Shown: positions 38,716-53,041, counted from the first letter of the stretch. The stretch is DNA of 64,000 nucleotides from Geosiphon pyriformis uo1 (GCA_016748015.1 JAAOMT010000741.1:786120-850119), one strand, 5' to 3'. Notes: generated by a model not told the origin, from the sequence alone. A program made the numbers and translations.

Positions 38716-40992
38716 CAGTCAGACCTCCATAAAAGAACCCTCGATAAAGGAACAACCTCTTACAAAGAACATTTTTTTATAGAACCAATTGATTAATTAA
38801 CAATTTTCCCTTTATATAAGAACAATCTATAAAGGAACAAGAACATAATTTTATCAAACGTTTATTCGAAATTTACCTTCATATAAGAACAAATATGCTA
38901 GATGTTAATTGATAATTGGGAAAAGAGTTAGAATGTGTTGAATTGATTTCATTCTAACTTTCTTTTAAATCAATTTACATTGGACTTACTCTTTTTGATC
39001 TTGTCTGTTTTCAAATACAGCCACTTAGCCCCTATTGTATTCCAAGTCAGGGTTGCTTAAACCAAATCTAATATTATCGTTATAGGCACATTTTCTAACA
39101 GACTTGCTAAATTATCACAATGTCGGAACCTTTATTCAAAAAACAAAAATGAGCAGCAGTTAATGATGCTCTTCGTAAAAAAATTTGTCAATATTCCAAA
39201 AATCACTATGACACGAAACATGATAATATTGTAGCTTATTTCAATCATAAATATCCGGAACTTCATATTTCTCATCCAAGATAATCAAAGAGCATGCAAA
39301 GTAGTTGAATATTGAAATTGATGAAATCTCAGAAAGATCTATTCGACATAAAAGCGATAAATTTCCATTATTAGACCAAGCTTTAAGTTATTGGGTAGAA
39401 AACAAGTAACTACCACCACTATCTAATTCAATGATCAACTAATTAAAGAAAAAGGATAAGAATTTGCCAAACTTCTTGGTATGCACGAAAATGAAATGCA
39501 ATTCTCAAATGGATGAGTTCAAAAATTCAAAAAACGAAACCAATTATGTGTTTACCGATTTCATGGTAAAGCAGGAAGTGTATCAACTGAAAGTTTACCA
39601 AAAGAACGAAGAAAATTAAAAACCATAATATCCAAATTTGATCCTGCTGACATATATAATGCTGATGAAACAGGCTTATTTTTTCGTATGGGGCCAAATC
39701 AAACACTTGCAAAACGTCGAAATGCAGGAAAAAAATTGGTATATTATATTTACCAATTGTTATCATTATATATTATTGTTATATTAAATTAATTGGGTTT
39801 TTTATAGAATAAATTTCGGATTATAATTCTTGCTACAAATTCAACTGGATCTCACAAATTGCAACCTTTAGTAATTGGACATGCAAAAAATCCAAGATGC
39901 TTTAAAGGAATTAATACTTCCAACCTATCTGTAATTTACAAATTCAATTCCAAAGCATGGATGCGCTCAGAGATATGGAAAGCATGGCTCAAATATATAA
40001 ATGAAGGCTTTCGAATTCAAAATCGGCATATATTACTTTTGGTTGATAATGCAACTTCTTATCATACTCAAATCGGGGAAGATTCATTCAAATTAACCAA
40101 TACTGTTTTCCTCCAAATACTATATCATATCTTCAACCAATGGATGCTGACATTATCAAATCTTTCAAAGGGAAATATAAGCACTTATATTGTCAACATA
40201 TTTTACATCAATTTGAACAAAAAATTAATCTTGAACAGTTAAGTAATATAATATATACAGTATTATTATCATTATATATTATATAATTTTATCTAATATT
40301 AATTTATTTTTTAGAAATAAATTAAACATAAAACAAGCATTAATTATGTTGTTCAATTATGGTTTCAAGTAACACCTGTTACAATTCAAAACTGTTGGCA
40401 AAAAACAGATATTCTTTTCTATAATCAAGAATTAGAAATTCAAGAATCCGAAACATCAATTGCTATGGATATATTCAAAAATTTACCATCAAATGCACAA
40501 CAATTGGTCAAAATTTTCGAAGATTATACTGTAGCAGTTGATGAATTATTGGCAACTGAAAATATTCTTGATAATAATGAAATTGTAGATATGGTTTTAG
40601 CCGATGCTCAAATTGAAACCAATACAATTAATGACTCGGAAGAAGAATTAGAAGAATCTCCACCTGCTTTAATTACAATTACAGAAGCATATGAAGCATT
40701 AAAAAAGGTAATTAGATTTGAAGAGCAATTAGCAAAAGAAAATTTTAGTATAGAAAACCAAAATTTACTTAGAAAAAAATTATATGAATACGAAAAAATG
40801 AAGGAAAATTCTAAAAAACAGGTAACAATTAATCAATATTTTAATAATAATAATAATAATAATAATAATTGATTGATTTAATAAATAAATATAGTTTATT
40901 TGATAATAATTATAAAACTCTATAATAGAACACCACTAAAATGGAACATAATTTGCATGTCCCAACTGTGTTCTTTTATAGAGGTCTGACTG
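38716..40992 (+). mobile_element. Full-length pogo/Tigger-type DNA transposon, 2277 bp, 23-bp TIRs, TA target duplication
   Basis: Left TIR cagtcagacctccataaaagaac (38716-38738) and right TIR gttcttttatagaggtctgactg (40970-40992) differ by one base. TA flanks at 38714 and 40993. Confidence 0.95.
39120..40872 (+). pseudogene. CENP-B-like/DDE_1 transposase with stops, frameshifts and two probable introns
   Basis: FSNG*VQKFKKR, IYNADETGLFF, PLVIGHAKNPRCF, NSKAWM, ILLLVDNATSY, LQPMDADIIKSFK, and C-terminal KQVTINQYF. Confidence 0.9.
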
Positions 40993-42759
40993 TATATTTT
41001 TCATAATTTTCCATTTTTTTATATAAGATTTTTCACAAATAAAACTTAAGGTAAGAATTTCTTACCTGACTCTTATTAAACAAATAATAAAACAATGGCA
41101 ATGATTTTGTTACAAATTTAATTGTTACACTAATTTTATGTAGCATGAAACTGAAGATACAGCACCATTAACTTCCGATTAACGGAAGTGACCATGTACT
41201 AATTGTTTTAGCTAATTTTTTGTGAAAGATTCGGAACCACTTTTTAGTTCTTTGTCATCAAATTTAAGAATCCCCTTGAAAAATTTTAGCTCCCGGTGAA
41301 ATGACATCACAGGAAATGATGCTCAGTAGCATTAGGGGTATTTGTTTAACCTATTCCTGAGAAAATTCTTTTCGGGCTGCTATATGTAGTTTATTTACAA
41401 TACTCTTATTCAAAATATTCAGCATTGACTCTAATGATTTTCGATTTGTAAAAACCTTATTTAGAAAATCGGAGACTTTTTTTTGCTCTGAAAAATGACG
41501 CTTTCCTTAGATGAAATGCTTAATATCTTTTGTTGAGATCTAGTTTTCTTATGCACTAAACTCAAATGAGCGAAAGATAGCCATCAATAGACCATTGTTA
41601 AAAGATACTTTAAAAATTTATTGCGAAAATGAGTCAAGATGAAACGAGTAAATAAGGTTGGTTACAATGCGCGCTATCAGATGATTATTGTATAATCAAT
41701 ATTATAGTTTCTTCCAAGTTATTAAACAGGGAGAAAGTTTTATTCAAATATATTTTGGATGCAATGACTATAACAACATTTAATATTCCCAGAAATTTCA
41801 AACAGAGATTTTACTTTTTTTAGAAAAGCTAGCATAGAATTTTTCATAATTTAGACTAAAATAACATATTTAGTTATTTGAGCTAAATTGTTAGCTTTTA
41901 TAACTTAATATTTTATTTTAGGGCTATAGCACACATTTTGAAAAAATCATTTCCATTTTTTCATGAATTATAATATCACATACATTTACATTTGAAATGT
42001 TGTTGATCTTATCTAATGATAATCGAGAAATATAGAGTACGGAGAAAAAAATTTCTTCTCCAATCTATTTAGTATTATAATAGTGTTTATGCGTCATTTG
42101 AATGAAATTCCAGACTTTCAGGGTTTTAATATCAGGTTGATTATCCAATCCGCCATTTTTCTAAAAAAGAGGTTATCAAAATCAAATTATAAGGAATTCT
42201 CACGAAAAAATGAATAAGCTCTGGCCTTTTCATGCAAAACAAACTAGCAGTAAAACCTGGAATTAAGTATATCGAATAAAAACGCATTTTCAAATAAAAA
42301 ATGATTCAAGTTTCCGCCAAGTAAAAGTCTAATTAGAAATCTCGAACGCGGATTTTCGGCGTGCTTTATTATCAAAGGGTGCGAATCAATGATAACGTTT
42401 GAATTTTGCAGGATTTCTTTAAATAAATCAGCACTATTACACAAAGGTAATATTAGAGCATGACTTTTAGGGTTTACGGAAAATTTGCAAACCTTGTTAC
42501 GATAAAAGACTAGAATTATCACTATGAAAGGAATCATGTAGTAATAAAATTAACCCAAAATAGTTTCGAACAAGGGCCATTAGAATTTCTTTGTACTCGT
42601 GTAATTCCCATTTTAATAAGATTTGAAACAACGTTCACGCAATTTAAATCAAGCGCATTGATCATATTCTTTCTTTCATTATTTCCTGTCATTTTTTTTA
42701 GATCATTCTTTTATGCGACAATATCTAGTTCGAGTTTAATTGGTTCACACCTTTAAAAT

Positions 42760-43716
42760 ATGTCAGTCTCAAGACGTCATATTACGACAGCTTGTCAAAA
42801 TTGTCGTGAAAGGAAAACTCGATGTTTGGGAAAGCCCCAATGTCAAAGATGTATTAAAATGCACCTAGAATGCGTATTTATTATACCATCCAGAAAACGA
42901 GGTCCACCCAAAGGAGTTATTTTAAAGGATTTTGTGGAAACAAAACAGTCCAGAATTCTCAGAATTGAGAAAGCATTAACTCTCCCTCAAATAAATTCTC
43001 ACACATCCAACTTTTCATCCCCTCTCGATCCACCGCTTCATCATAAAACCTGGTCTAATTTGACAAAAATTTCCCCAGATTTATCTTCAGACCATAATTT
43101 GAATAATCAATTTTCTATAAATGATCATAAAAATATAACTTCTTACAGCTCATTCCACGAAAGTTCGGCAATGAATCTCGGAAAAAAATTTAACGAAAAT
43201 GGTAGGATACGTGAAATCAAAAAAAAAATACAATTTGATTTGAATGTTCAAAAAAACAATCTTTGCCTTTCTCATTCATTGCCCTTGAATTCTCCATTAG
43301 TTTCTATTCAGAATCAATTAAATTTTATACCGGGTTACGAGAATCATTACGAAGGTTCTCCATATTGTGACCACAACTGTTCTTCATATAATCAGCATCA
43401 TTCGATTTCATTGCCGAAGTTGAATAGTTCAACAAATTTATGTGGTGTAAGCCAATCGGGTCTTTTCGATTTTGAATCTCTCCGACTTCCATCCCCTAAA
43501 AGAGATGATTCGGGGCATAGCAACATTTTTTGGGGGGATACAAAAACGAGCCAAATCCTGCCAAATTCACCTGACTCCCCCAAGTCTTCGGCTTCATCTC
43601 CATTGACACCTGAGAATAGTTTTTTAAGATTTGGAACGTCATCTCGAAATTTGGAATTCAATAGGCTGGATTCAGTTGCTTTTGCTCCCACCTGGAAGCC
43701 AAAAAAAAGTTATTAG
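42760..43716 (+). CDS. Zn(II)2Cys6 (Gal4-type) transcription factor, 318 aa, no obvious middle homology domain
   Basis: ACQNCRERKTRCLGKPQCQRCIKMHLECVF followed by RKRGPPKG; S/P-rich remainder. Confidence 0.93.
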   Translation: MSVSRRHITTACQNCRERKTRCLGKPQCQRCIKMHLECVFIIPSRKRGPPKGVILKDFVETKQSRILRIEKALTLPQINSHTSNFSSPLDPPLHHKTWSNLTKISPDLSSDHNLNNQFSINDHKNITSYSSFHESSAMNLGKKFNENGRIREIKKKIQFDLNVQKNNLCLSHSLPLNSPLVSIQNQLNFIPGYENHYEGSPYCDHNCSSYNQHHSISLPKLNSSTNLCGVSQSGLFDFESLRLPSPKRDDSGHSNIFWGDTKTSQILPNSPDSPKSSASSPLTPENSFLRFGTSSRNLEFNRLDSVAFAPTWKPKKSY

Positions 43717-44899
43717 GATTATTCTTACCTTGGATAAAGGTCCAAATGTATGTTTTTGATCCCTCTTCCTATAGTTTCTAAAATATTTTGTGGCCGAAAA
43801 TTTTAATTATTATGATATAGGGATGATTCTTTTTCTTCTTAAGCCTTGGAAAGTAATTTCATACCTCAAAACGATATGTTCTCTCAAATCTTTTAAGTTT
43901 CCATAAAATTTTCAATCGAACCTTTTCTATGATTCAAAATTAAGTATTATGATTTATCAAATTTGGCTCCATATTTTTCTTTTTCTGCGAGGTTAAGTTT
44001 CTTTTATAGCTTTTTCTCCTTTGTTTTTATTTACCAATCTCTGATTTTTTGATACAAGTTTGTTATTAAGCTAATTAAATTCTCGTTTCTATGTTCCTTA
44101 AAAACATGTTAAGGCGTACGAAAATTGCTTCTCACAATATAAATACCGAACGAACCCTTTGAATTAAAATTATATTTCATCAAGAAATATAATTATTTGA
44201 TTCGTGTACCAGCTCATTTTTAATACTTTTGTTGCCTCATATTTATTTCAATCTTGTATTGATTTCTAGTAGCTTGATAATCATCTAATTAAATAGTTTT
44301 CTTGTTGCCAAAAAATCAACCCTATATTTATGTTTTGAGCCAGCAAAAATTCGGAAGAGCAAGTGGCCGCAGACACTAAGCAAGACGCAGACGTAAAAGA
44401 CTTATTAGACTTCGCTGAGTAAGAAAAGCTAGCAAAGTAAAACTAGTCCACTAGCTGCTTAAACGCTGGACAATCAAAAGATTAGAATATATTAACAAAT
44501 AGTCAAAGTTGGCTCCTCAAAATTTAAAAAATTTGCTTATATCTGAAGGTATATTTTTTGAATCTTTGGGAATTGTTTTTTGAAATCATTTAAGAGAAAC
44601 AATTGAAATTTTTAGGTGATTAAAATGAAAAATAAATTCTTTGTTTATTCCTTAATAGATTTGATTTCAAAGTCTCCAGATACAAGTATAAAAAATTACA
44701 AAAGTAAGGCATTTAATACTTAAAAAAGTTTAATTTTGATTACTTTAATTAATTAGATTAAACGCGATCTCGCAAAATTGACTTAGAAATCACATATAAA
44801 ACTTAATAATATAATATTTTTTGAACAAAAGTGAAACCGATCAATATTTATGTATCAATTGGCAAATTTTGGAATAAATCTATTGATAAGAAGTCCAAT

Positions 44900-47800
44900 A
44901 TTATCGTTAACTATTCTTACATTTTTATATTTTTATATATATTAATTTAATAGCTCAATATCAATATATATACAGATAATAAGCCAATGAAGAAACTTAA
45001 TGTAACAATATATTTTGTTTAAAAATATTTTTGTATAGATCTTATGAATAAATCAAGATATCAATTATTTTGATATATGTAGTCTAAATACCTCGAAATT
45101 TTCTTGCCCAGTTTATTTGAAAAGTTAAAATCCTTTTTATTTAACTTTATTGAAAAGCGTATTATATCATTAAAATGAATCTAAACTATTTAATTAGAAA
45201 AAATTCTTACCAGCATTAGAAAAATTAATTTTAATATACTAAATTACAAAAAGTAGAAGTTTATTGAAATTTAGATTTTTTTAAGGTTAATAAAAAAATT
45301 ATTTTATTAAAATAGATATAATATTTAAATAATAAATTTATTATAAAATAATTCTAATTCTAACTAATATTCATTATTAAACATTTTAACATTAATTGTT
45401 ATTATTCATGTATTTTAATTTTTGAAATAATATGTTAAAATTGATGAATATTTATAATTGTTAAACAAATCATTTCTTATATTATTATTGTTATTAGTTT
45501 AGGTTTTTCATTTTCTGAATTCAATAAATAAAAATTTGCTCTAATTATATAATTAACTTTTCAATCATTAAGTTCTGTTATTTTTGAACCATATGTTTTA
45601 ATATCTTGCAATTTATTAGATTATTTGTTTAAAACTTATTTGACATTTTTATTAGAAATAATAATGCAAATGTAATAAATAAACATTACATTGGTTGCAA
45701 TTATTCTGAATATAAAATTTGAAATTGCAACCATATAACATTTCAGTATTACACTGATTCCAACTTATAAAGATGTTTTATTGTGTTAAAAATAATTTTG
45801 GAATTTTTTAAATAATCTTTATTAAGTTACATAATTGAAAAAATTATTGTCAACCATAAAAATATGTGCATGTAATAAACTTGATATTGGTATTATTAAA
45901 AAAAAGTTTTCCTTTTTTGGAAAATGTATTTAACAACAAAATAACAGTTTTAATACTTGAAATAAATACAAGTTACTAAAACAAATTTTTTTAGCCAAAA
46001 AAATTTCTTTATTTTCTTTTGCTAAAAACTAATAACTTTGCCATTGTTTAGTGATTAACTTCAATTTATTTTGAATATACTGGGCCCAAAATAAGTAATA
46101 TTATAATTGATTTATAACTTAATTCTAAAATTTTGGAAATTAGGTATAATACTATTAAAATTCAAATTTGTAACAATTAATATCTTAGATTAAAACTTAA
46201 ATAAACTAAGTGGTTTTAAAATATTTTAATTATTATACTTAAAATTTTCTACTGCTAAAAATTGTTTAAAAAAAGATAAATTTCTAATAGCAGTATACAA
46301 GCATTGGATTTAAAATTTTTTTTAATCGAATCAAAAATAGTTAAAACATGTTAAAGAGATAAAAAACTATTAATAATAGCATTAATAATTAATTAAAAAC
46401 TTAAAAAATTAATTAATTATAGATTTTAACAAAGTAAATAAAAAATTAATTTTAAATTTCAAAAGTTATATTTATTTTAATTAAACAAAAAATTGTTTTA
46501 ATCAAGTATAATTATCTTAAAATTAAAATTTTTGATTATTTTTCTTAAAAAATTTTAGCTATTTTTTATATAATTATAAATAATAATATGTAAATTTTAG
46601 AGTGTATATATCTATTTAATTATATTGTAAATTGCTATAAATTAGAATAAAAACTACATTTTTTATTTATATTATATTATTATAAACTTTTTGTATCAAT
46701 ATTTTGTTTTTAACCAAAACTTTGTAAAAAAAATTTTTATTTTTTATTTTTTATTTTTATAATTACAATTAATGCAAAAAGTAAAAAAATTGCAACATTT
46801 TTATTTTTTAAAACAATTGGTAGTATTTTATTAATAAAATACTTACAGCTATAAACTGCTTAATAACACTTTGTAAAAGTGTTTTTTTTAAATAAAATAA
46901 TAATTAACTAGTTTTTTGCTGATTCAAAAACACTCTTTTTATTTTTAATTAAAAGGTTTTTTTCTTTTAATGTTTTATCAAAAAAGTCTATTTAGAATAA
47001 TTTTAATGTAATTTCTGTTTTCTTAAAAAACTTTAAAGTATTTAATAAAAATTTAGTAATCAAATTACTTTTTTTATTGCTATTTAAATGGCTAAAAAAA
47101 CCTAAAAAAATTATTTTAAACATTTGCTATATCTGATAGCAATTCTTTTAAAGTATTAAAAAATCTTCTTTTTGGTGTTTTTAATATTAATTTAGTGTTT
47201 TAATATTGGTTTTTTATTTTATAAAAAAAAAAGCTTTGATTTTTCCTGCTTTTTTTGGGTTTTTATTAGTATTGTATTATTTTTATTAATTATAATATTT
47301 AGCTTTATTGTGTCTGTAAATAAAATTTATTTATTTTAAACAATAATTTAGATTAAAACATTAGAAATTTGTTTTTGTATATCTTAATAATATAATAATA
47401 TATTCAAAAACTTAAAATAAACATAAAATTATTTTCAAAAAGTTTTTAATCTTTTTAGAAATACTGAATTAAAAATTAATTTTATTAAATTATTGTTTAA
47501 AAAACAATTTACCCAATTTTTAAGTTATTTTATAACAAAAAATAAATTTTTTTTACTCAGCTAAAGTTAAAAAAGTGCAAAAACTTTAATAATTCATAAA
47601 TATTTTTGAGCTATAATTTTTTTTGAACTAATTTTCTATTATTGAAAGTTTATTAAAAAATTTTCTAAAATTACACATTTACTTAATTAGTTTTTATAAA
47701 AAAATATTAATTATTACTGAATTTTTTTTCAGCAAAAAACATTTAAAATTCTCAAAAAAAAACTAATTACCAAACTTATTTTAAAATAAATTGACTTTGA

Positions 47801-48420
47801 CAAATCATTTTTTCTTTAAATTGATGTTTCTAATATTTTTTTTAGTGCTCTTTTGTTTTAAAAAAATATAAAAAAATAAGTCATAATCTATGGTAATAAA
47901 ATATTACAACAAACAAAAAAAAACTATACAATTATTAAAAAAAAATGTTTGGAAATAATATAATTTACTAATTACTAGAACAAATATTTTATAAAAAAAT
48001 AATTTAATGTTTATATTAATTATTAAGCTTTAGTTTAATTAAAAAACCAAAAAAACTGGATTACAAAACTTTTTTTTTAAATTATATTTTAAAATAAATA
48101 TAATTATAATATTAAATATTGCAAAAAAACAAGCAATTAAAATACAGATGTTTAGATAAACAGATTAGCAATATTAATTAAATTAATTATAAATAAAACA
48201 CTTTAAACTAAATACAATAATAGACTTAAAAAACTATTTAGCACTTATTAAATTTTTGAATAAAAAATAATACTTGTCAAAATATAATTAACAACAAAAA
48301 AAAATTTGCAAAAACAATCAAATTTTTATTTAACTTATCAAACTAATTATATAAAAAAATTGAAAAAATTTTGATTGATTATAAAAAGTTATCTAATTTA
48401 AAAAAAAAAATTATAATATA
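44900..48420. other. Extremely AT-rich eroded block, at least partly retroelement-derived
   Basis: No ORFs. 46755-46800 reads FIITINAKSKKIATF, resembling the RNase H start PFIITIDGSGQTLGAVL of the gypsy at 59805. Confidence 0.5.
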
Positions 48421-48429
48421 TAATATATA

Positions 48430-51400
48430 TTTTTTTTTATTAAGCATTTATCAAATATAGCCCAACCATTACTTAAACTATAGCAATATACAAAATTCTA
48501 TATTAAGTATGGCTCATGTGCTTCTTACATATAACTAGCCATTTGGGCCAATCAAGATAACACTAGACATCTAAACCACCAATTACTGAGAAGTTACTTA
48601 AAAAACTGAAGTATGCGCTAGATAGACAAGAATATAAATTATAACATACGTGAACACCTAATCTGATACCAAAATCAAAGATTATACTGAGAAACCACAA
48701 AGAAGCCAGACCAGATACCACCAGTATTATAGACTTATTACATGACAAAAAACCACATTTCTCATAAAGCACTCTCAATTTGGTGGTTGGCAGCCATATA
48801 GCAGATCTATAACTCTTAGCAAAGCTTTGGACTAAACCAATTACTAAAGACTTACCATCAGAGCCACTACCCAGCAGACAAACTGTATTATCCACCCAAT
48901 CCTTCAAAACAAAGCCCTTGGCTAAGAACATATATAAATGATTCAATGATTTAGTCTCTTATAGAAAGCAAATCACTACACTGTCAGCAGCATGAACACC
49001 AAGCAAACTAACCCAACAACCAATAGTTGAAATCAACTCACTTCTAGCACCAGTATTATGAATGCAGAAGAATGTGTAATTGGAATTCTCAACCAACTCA
49101 CACCAAATACATAGCATGTTCAGATAACTTGGATTATAAAGCCTTTTCTTTTAGGCTACAGGAAGGTGGTTATGCATGGCTTTCATAAAATAGGATTAAA
49201 AACATGCAAAAAAGTAGTTGGTGAAGCCTAATCAAAACCAACTGTTAAGATGCTATACACTAAATGTACATTGCATATTAATCTCATTGCATAGCATACT
49301 TTCTACAGCATAGACAACACATTTGGCTTTTCAACTAACAAAGCTCATGACATCAAAAAAATGCTTAACAAAATAGTGGGTGTTCCCAGAGACAGACTTT
49401 CTTTCAATAGACAGAAAATGACAGAATGTTCTAACAGATAGCACAATGTTAAAACCAGTGACAATATTGGCCAATAAATCAGTGTGCTTATTGCTATAAA
49501 CTTCAAAGTGGCCCTTAACTTTGTTTCAAACTACCAACAAGTTTTTTGATATAATGGCCTGCCAAATTCACTCTCTTTCAATTCAACATTTATTGCAAAA
49601 ATTGGGACCAGTAAAATTTTTATAAGAGGTACAAGCATCCAAGGATGTCTGACTGTCTGTAAAAAAAGTAATCAAACTGGAAACAAGAACACATTTCAAA
49701 ACAAGAGTGATGGTGTGTAGTTCAGTTAGAGTTGACAAAAGCAAGCCACTTATCCCAATCCCTATACTATCATTAATATCAAAAAAGTAAGCAGTAGTAT
49801 CACTGTAAGCATTTATAGAACCCAAACTTTTAATTGAGTCATCAGTATAAACCACCACACCATCTGAAGTGTTCTCAAAAAGACATTTACTGATAAAACT
49901 TAGACTAACTCGGCAACTACCAGGAGCTGGATTAGAAGCTAGAACATAACCATTGACCAAACTACTATTCCCAATGAATTTTGTTAATACACTAAACCAA
50001 TTAAGAGCTGGACCTCTTAAATCCAGCCTTTTTCATCTGCAAAAATTACTCCATGTAAATCATGTGCCATAACAGTCTAAAAGCTGGTTTGTAAAAATGA
50101 TGCCAAACTTCTTTAGCAAGCCAACTATACTTATATACTGGCTCAAACCCAAAACATTAGCAACAGGTATGCCACTACCAGCCCAGAAAACATTCAGTAA
50201 AACATTGTCCAAAAAGAGCTTGCATAACACCAGAGTGTTGGTCATGCCAGCTAAAAAGAAATTCACAAGATCCAATAACAACATAACCAGAAAACTAAGG
50301 GGTTGCCAGAGCATTCAATTAATAGCCTGCAAATCCATCACCCTATGTTCAAATAATTTGCCAAGAATGTCTTTCAAATTAGCAAACAGTACCAAATTAG
50401 CGAAAGAGTTTTCGACTTGCAACTGCCTAAAAGTCTTGAGACTATACAAATCAGATTGTAAAATGCTTTTATTGGAGAAATCCCTAGGCAAGTTGGTCTT
50501 GAGCTTCAGATCTTTTCTCAGCAGCCTATTCCATTTTTCACAAACATTCACAAAAGCATGACTAAACTGCAATTTATATCCAATAATAGGTTGTAAAACA
50601 GCAGATACTAAATAGAGAAACTGTTTATCAAAGACCACTTTTTTTAAGACCAAGTTAACAAAAAATTTCACATCCGACTGGGCCTTGGTAAGACTGGGCT
50701 TTGAAAGACCATTAGTGGATAAAAAAATTCCTAAGTATCTATAAGACTTGCTTTTCTTAGCAATTAAAATATCTGAATTACTAATTGTTAAATAAGGAGC
50801 CTCAACTTTGTAATTAATAAGTATAGCTATCATTTTTTCAGTGTTAATTAAAATGTCATTGAAATAAAAAAATTTGCTAGCAATATCCAAGATATGCTGA
50901 GTAGCAGCCATGCTATTTCCAACTCAGATAGTATTATTCACAAATGTCTCTGCAGCTAAATATAATGTCAAACCACTTTTGTGATCCCACTTGCCAGTTT
51001 GTGTAAAAAATTTTGAGTTTAGCCAATATTCAAACAAATTCTCATGTCTTTTAACCTCATACAGCAAGGGATTATAAAAAATTCTCTATAACAAAGGTGA
51101 GAAAACCTCACCCTGATCCAGGCCATCATGAACAATGTATTCATCAGTAAGTCTAAAATCTGTCATCATCTAATTAATGTGGTTATTATGTATGGTCCTA
51201 AAAAACTTAATGAAATGGGAACACATTTTAATTCTGACCAAGTTGTTTCTTAAGTGAGACTATCCAACTGAGTTATAGGCTTTATGCATATCCTGAAGAA
51301 CAAGTCACAATTCACAATTTTTTTCAAGTACATCTTCAATAACAAAGCCTACAGCAAAAATTGGGGTTTGAGTAGAAGTGCCCTTTAAAACTGAAAAATT

Positions 51401-52190
51401 ATCTTAATGCAGCACATTATAATTGCCACAAGCCAAAGAAATCCTATCAGACAGAATTTTGGACAAAATCTTCCTAGCTGTTTCAACCAATATTATTGGT
51501 CTCATATTAATGAAAGGCCTTTCTCAATCATAAGGCTTTGGTATCATAGAAATTCAGGCACTTTTCTATTGCTTAGAAACTGTATCAAATCTTAAACACT
51601 CATTCAAAATGTCCAGCAAGCCACCAAGAATCTGCTGAATGCTATGTTTTCAAAGCTCATTAAGAATACCAGAAAAACCAGCAGCTTTCCCATTAGACAG
51701 AGATTTGACTACTTGTAAAAACTCATTAAGCCCAATATCACACATAATGCCTAAAAAAGCCATATTATTAACATAATTAAGAGGAGCATATTGGTTGAGC
51801 CAGTGAGCAAAAGTAGAACTAGGCACCAAATACTTTTTTATCCATCCTTCTATAATATTATTAACTGTTAATTTGATTATATGAGATTCTAAAACAAGCT
51901 TGTCATTTACCACTAAATGATCAAATACCACTTTTTGAACAGGGCAATCCAAGACACTTCTAATCATTCTACCCTTATCAGAACAAAAATTTTCCATATA
52001 TTTGTCAATAGCTTTCCTAATAAAATTATTTCTGGCAGTCTTAAATTCACAGTATTTGGACTTGTGATAACTTTTCTTGACATATAACAAATGATATAAG
52101 ACAACACCAAAACAACCACCACTTTTAATCAGACCATGAACTTTAATAGCTTTTTTTTCATCAATAGTAACCCATGTGTTAATAAGACAA
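48430..52190 (-). mobile_element. Non-LTR retrotransposon (LINE) ORF2 relic with RT, RNase H and C-terminal Cys region; 5' part cut off by the gypsy insertion at 52191
   Basis: LSNGKAAGFSGILNEL, LQDMHKAYNSV, GLDQGEVFSPLL, FVNNTI (FxDD), YRYLGIFL. RNase H: VYTDDS..STLTELHTI..FTDSQ..KVKGH. The T-run at 48430 may be the poly(A) tail. Confidence 0.92.
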
Positions 52191-53039
52191 TGTTACTCAT
52201 AAGAAGTATATTAGCATATAAATTAGCCAATCAGAAGTAGTTGTAGTAAATGTAAAATTCCAGGATTCCTCTCAAGAGAAATTGCAGGATTCCAGAAATT
52301 TTAGGATTCTCATACAAGGAATTGCAGAATTCCAGAATTCCAGGATTTCTCTTAAAAGGAATTGCAGGATTCCAGGAATTCCAGAATTTCTGGTGTAAAA
52401 AATTAAAGAATTGAGGAATTTCAATTATATATATATAGCAGTAACATTAGAAGTAGAAAAGACAGACCTTCCAGTTTAGATTTGATCTAAAGAATCTTCT
52501 AAACTCACAAATATTAATAAATAATTATTCTCTATCTCAAATGTACTCTCTACTATTAACACTTTATGTTGATAATAATTAATACTTAACTACACTGGAA
52601 CAATAGCTCTTGATCACAGCTATTGATGAGATACTAACTATTATTGTCTTGGCTTATTTTTTATTTTTTATTTTTTATTTCTTTTATTTTATTTTTTTTT
52701 TCTTTATTGTTATTACTAATTGATTAAAAAATTAAGTACTGAGATACAGATATTATAGGAACTGGTAAAAGACCCATGATACAAGAGTAGAACACTTATA
52801 GACTTAAGGATAGCTTACCAGGAGGATTATTAGCCACTATGCTGAGAAAAAAATCGATGGAATTGCAATTCCAGGAGGCTATTGAAACAATTATTAAAAT
52901 CTCTATCTATTATACAAAAAACTCTATAAAAAACCCTTTAGATCAACCAAACCTTCAGATACCAATAGCAAAATATTAATTAGGCACCAAGTTATAAATT
53001 TGTTATTTGATTTAAGACCCCAAATAATTATCTATAACA
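52191..53039 (+). repeat. 5' LTR of element A (849 bp, TG..CA)
   Basis: Homologous to 62279-62914. U3 has aattccagg/aattgcagg repeats, TATA run near 52427, ends ...ctataaca just before the PBS. Confidence 0.92.
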
Positions 53040-53041
53040 TT

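Noticed and set aside
41171-41203. Hairpin followed by CTAA-T, resembling a Helitron 3' end
   Set aside because: No 5' TC end or Rep/helicase remnant identified. Kept only as a possible TF site.
43398-43691. 97-aa minus-strand ORF
   Set aside because: Antisense to the Zn2Cys6 CDS.
44342-44422. Coding-like fragment SKNSEEQVAADTKQDADVKDLLDFAE*
   Set aside because: In-frame stop just upstream and no convincing upstream exon; too short to support.
52255-52392. Regularly spaced short repeats resembling a CRISPR array
   Set aside because: No unique spacers, eukaryotic context, and they lie within LTR U3 and recur in the 3' LTR.
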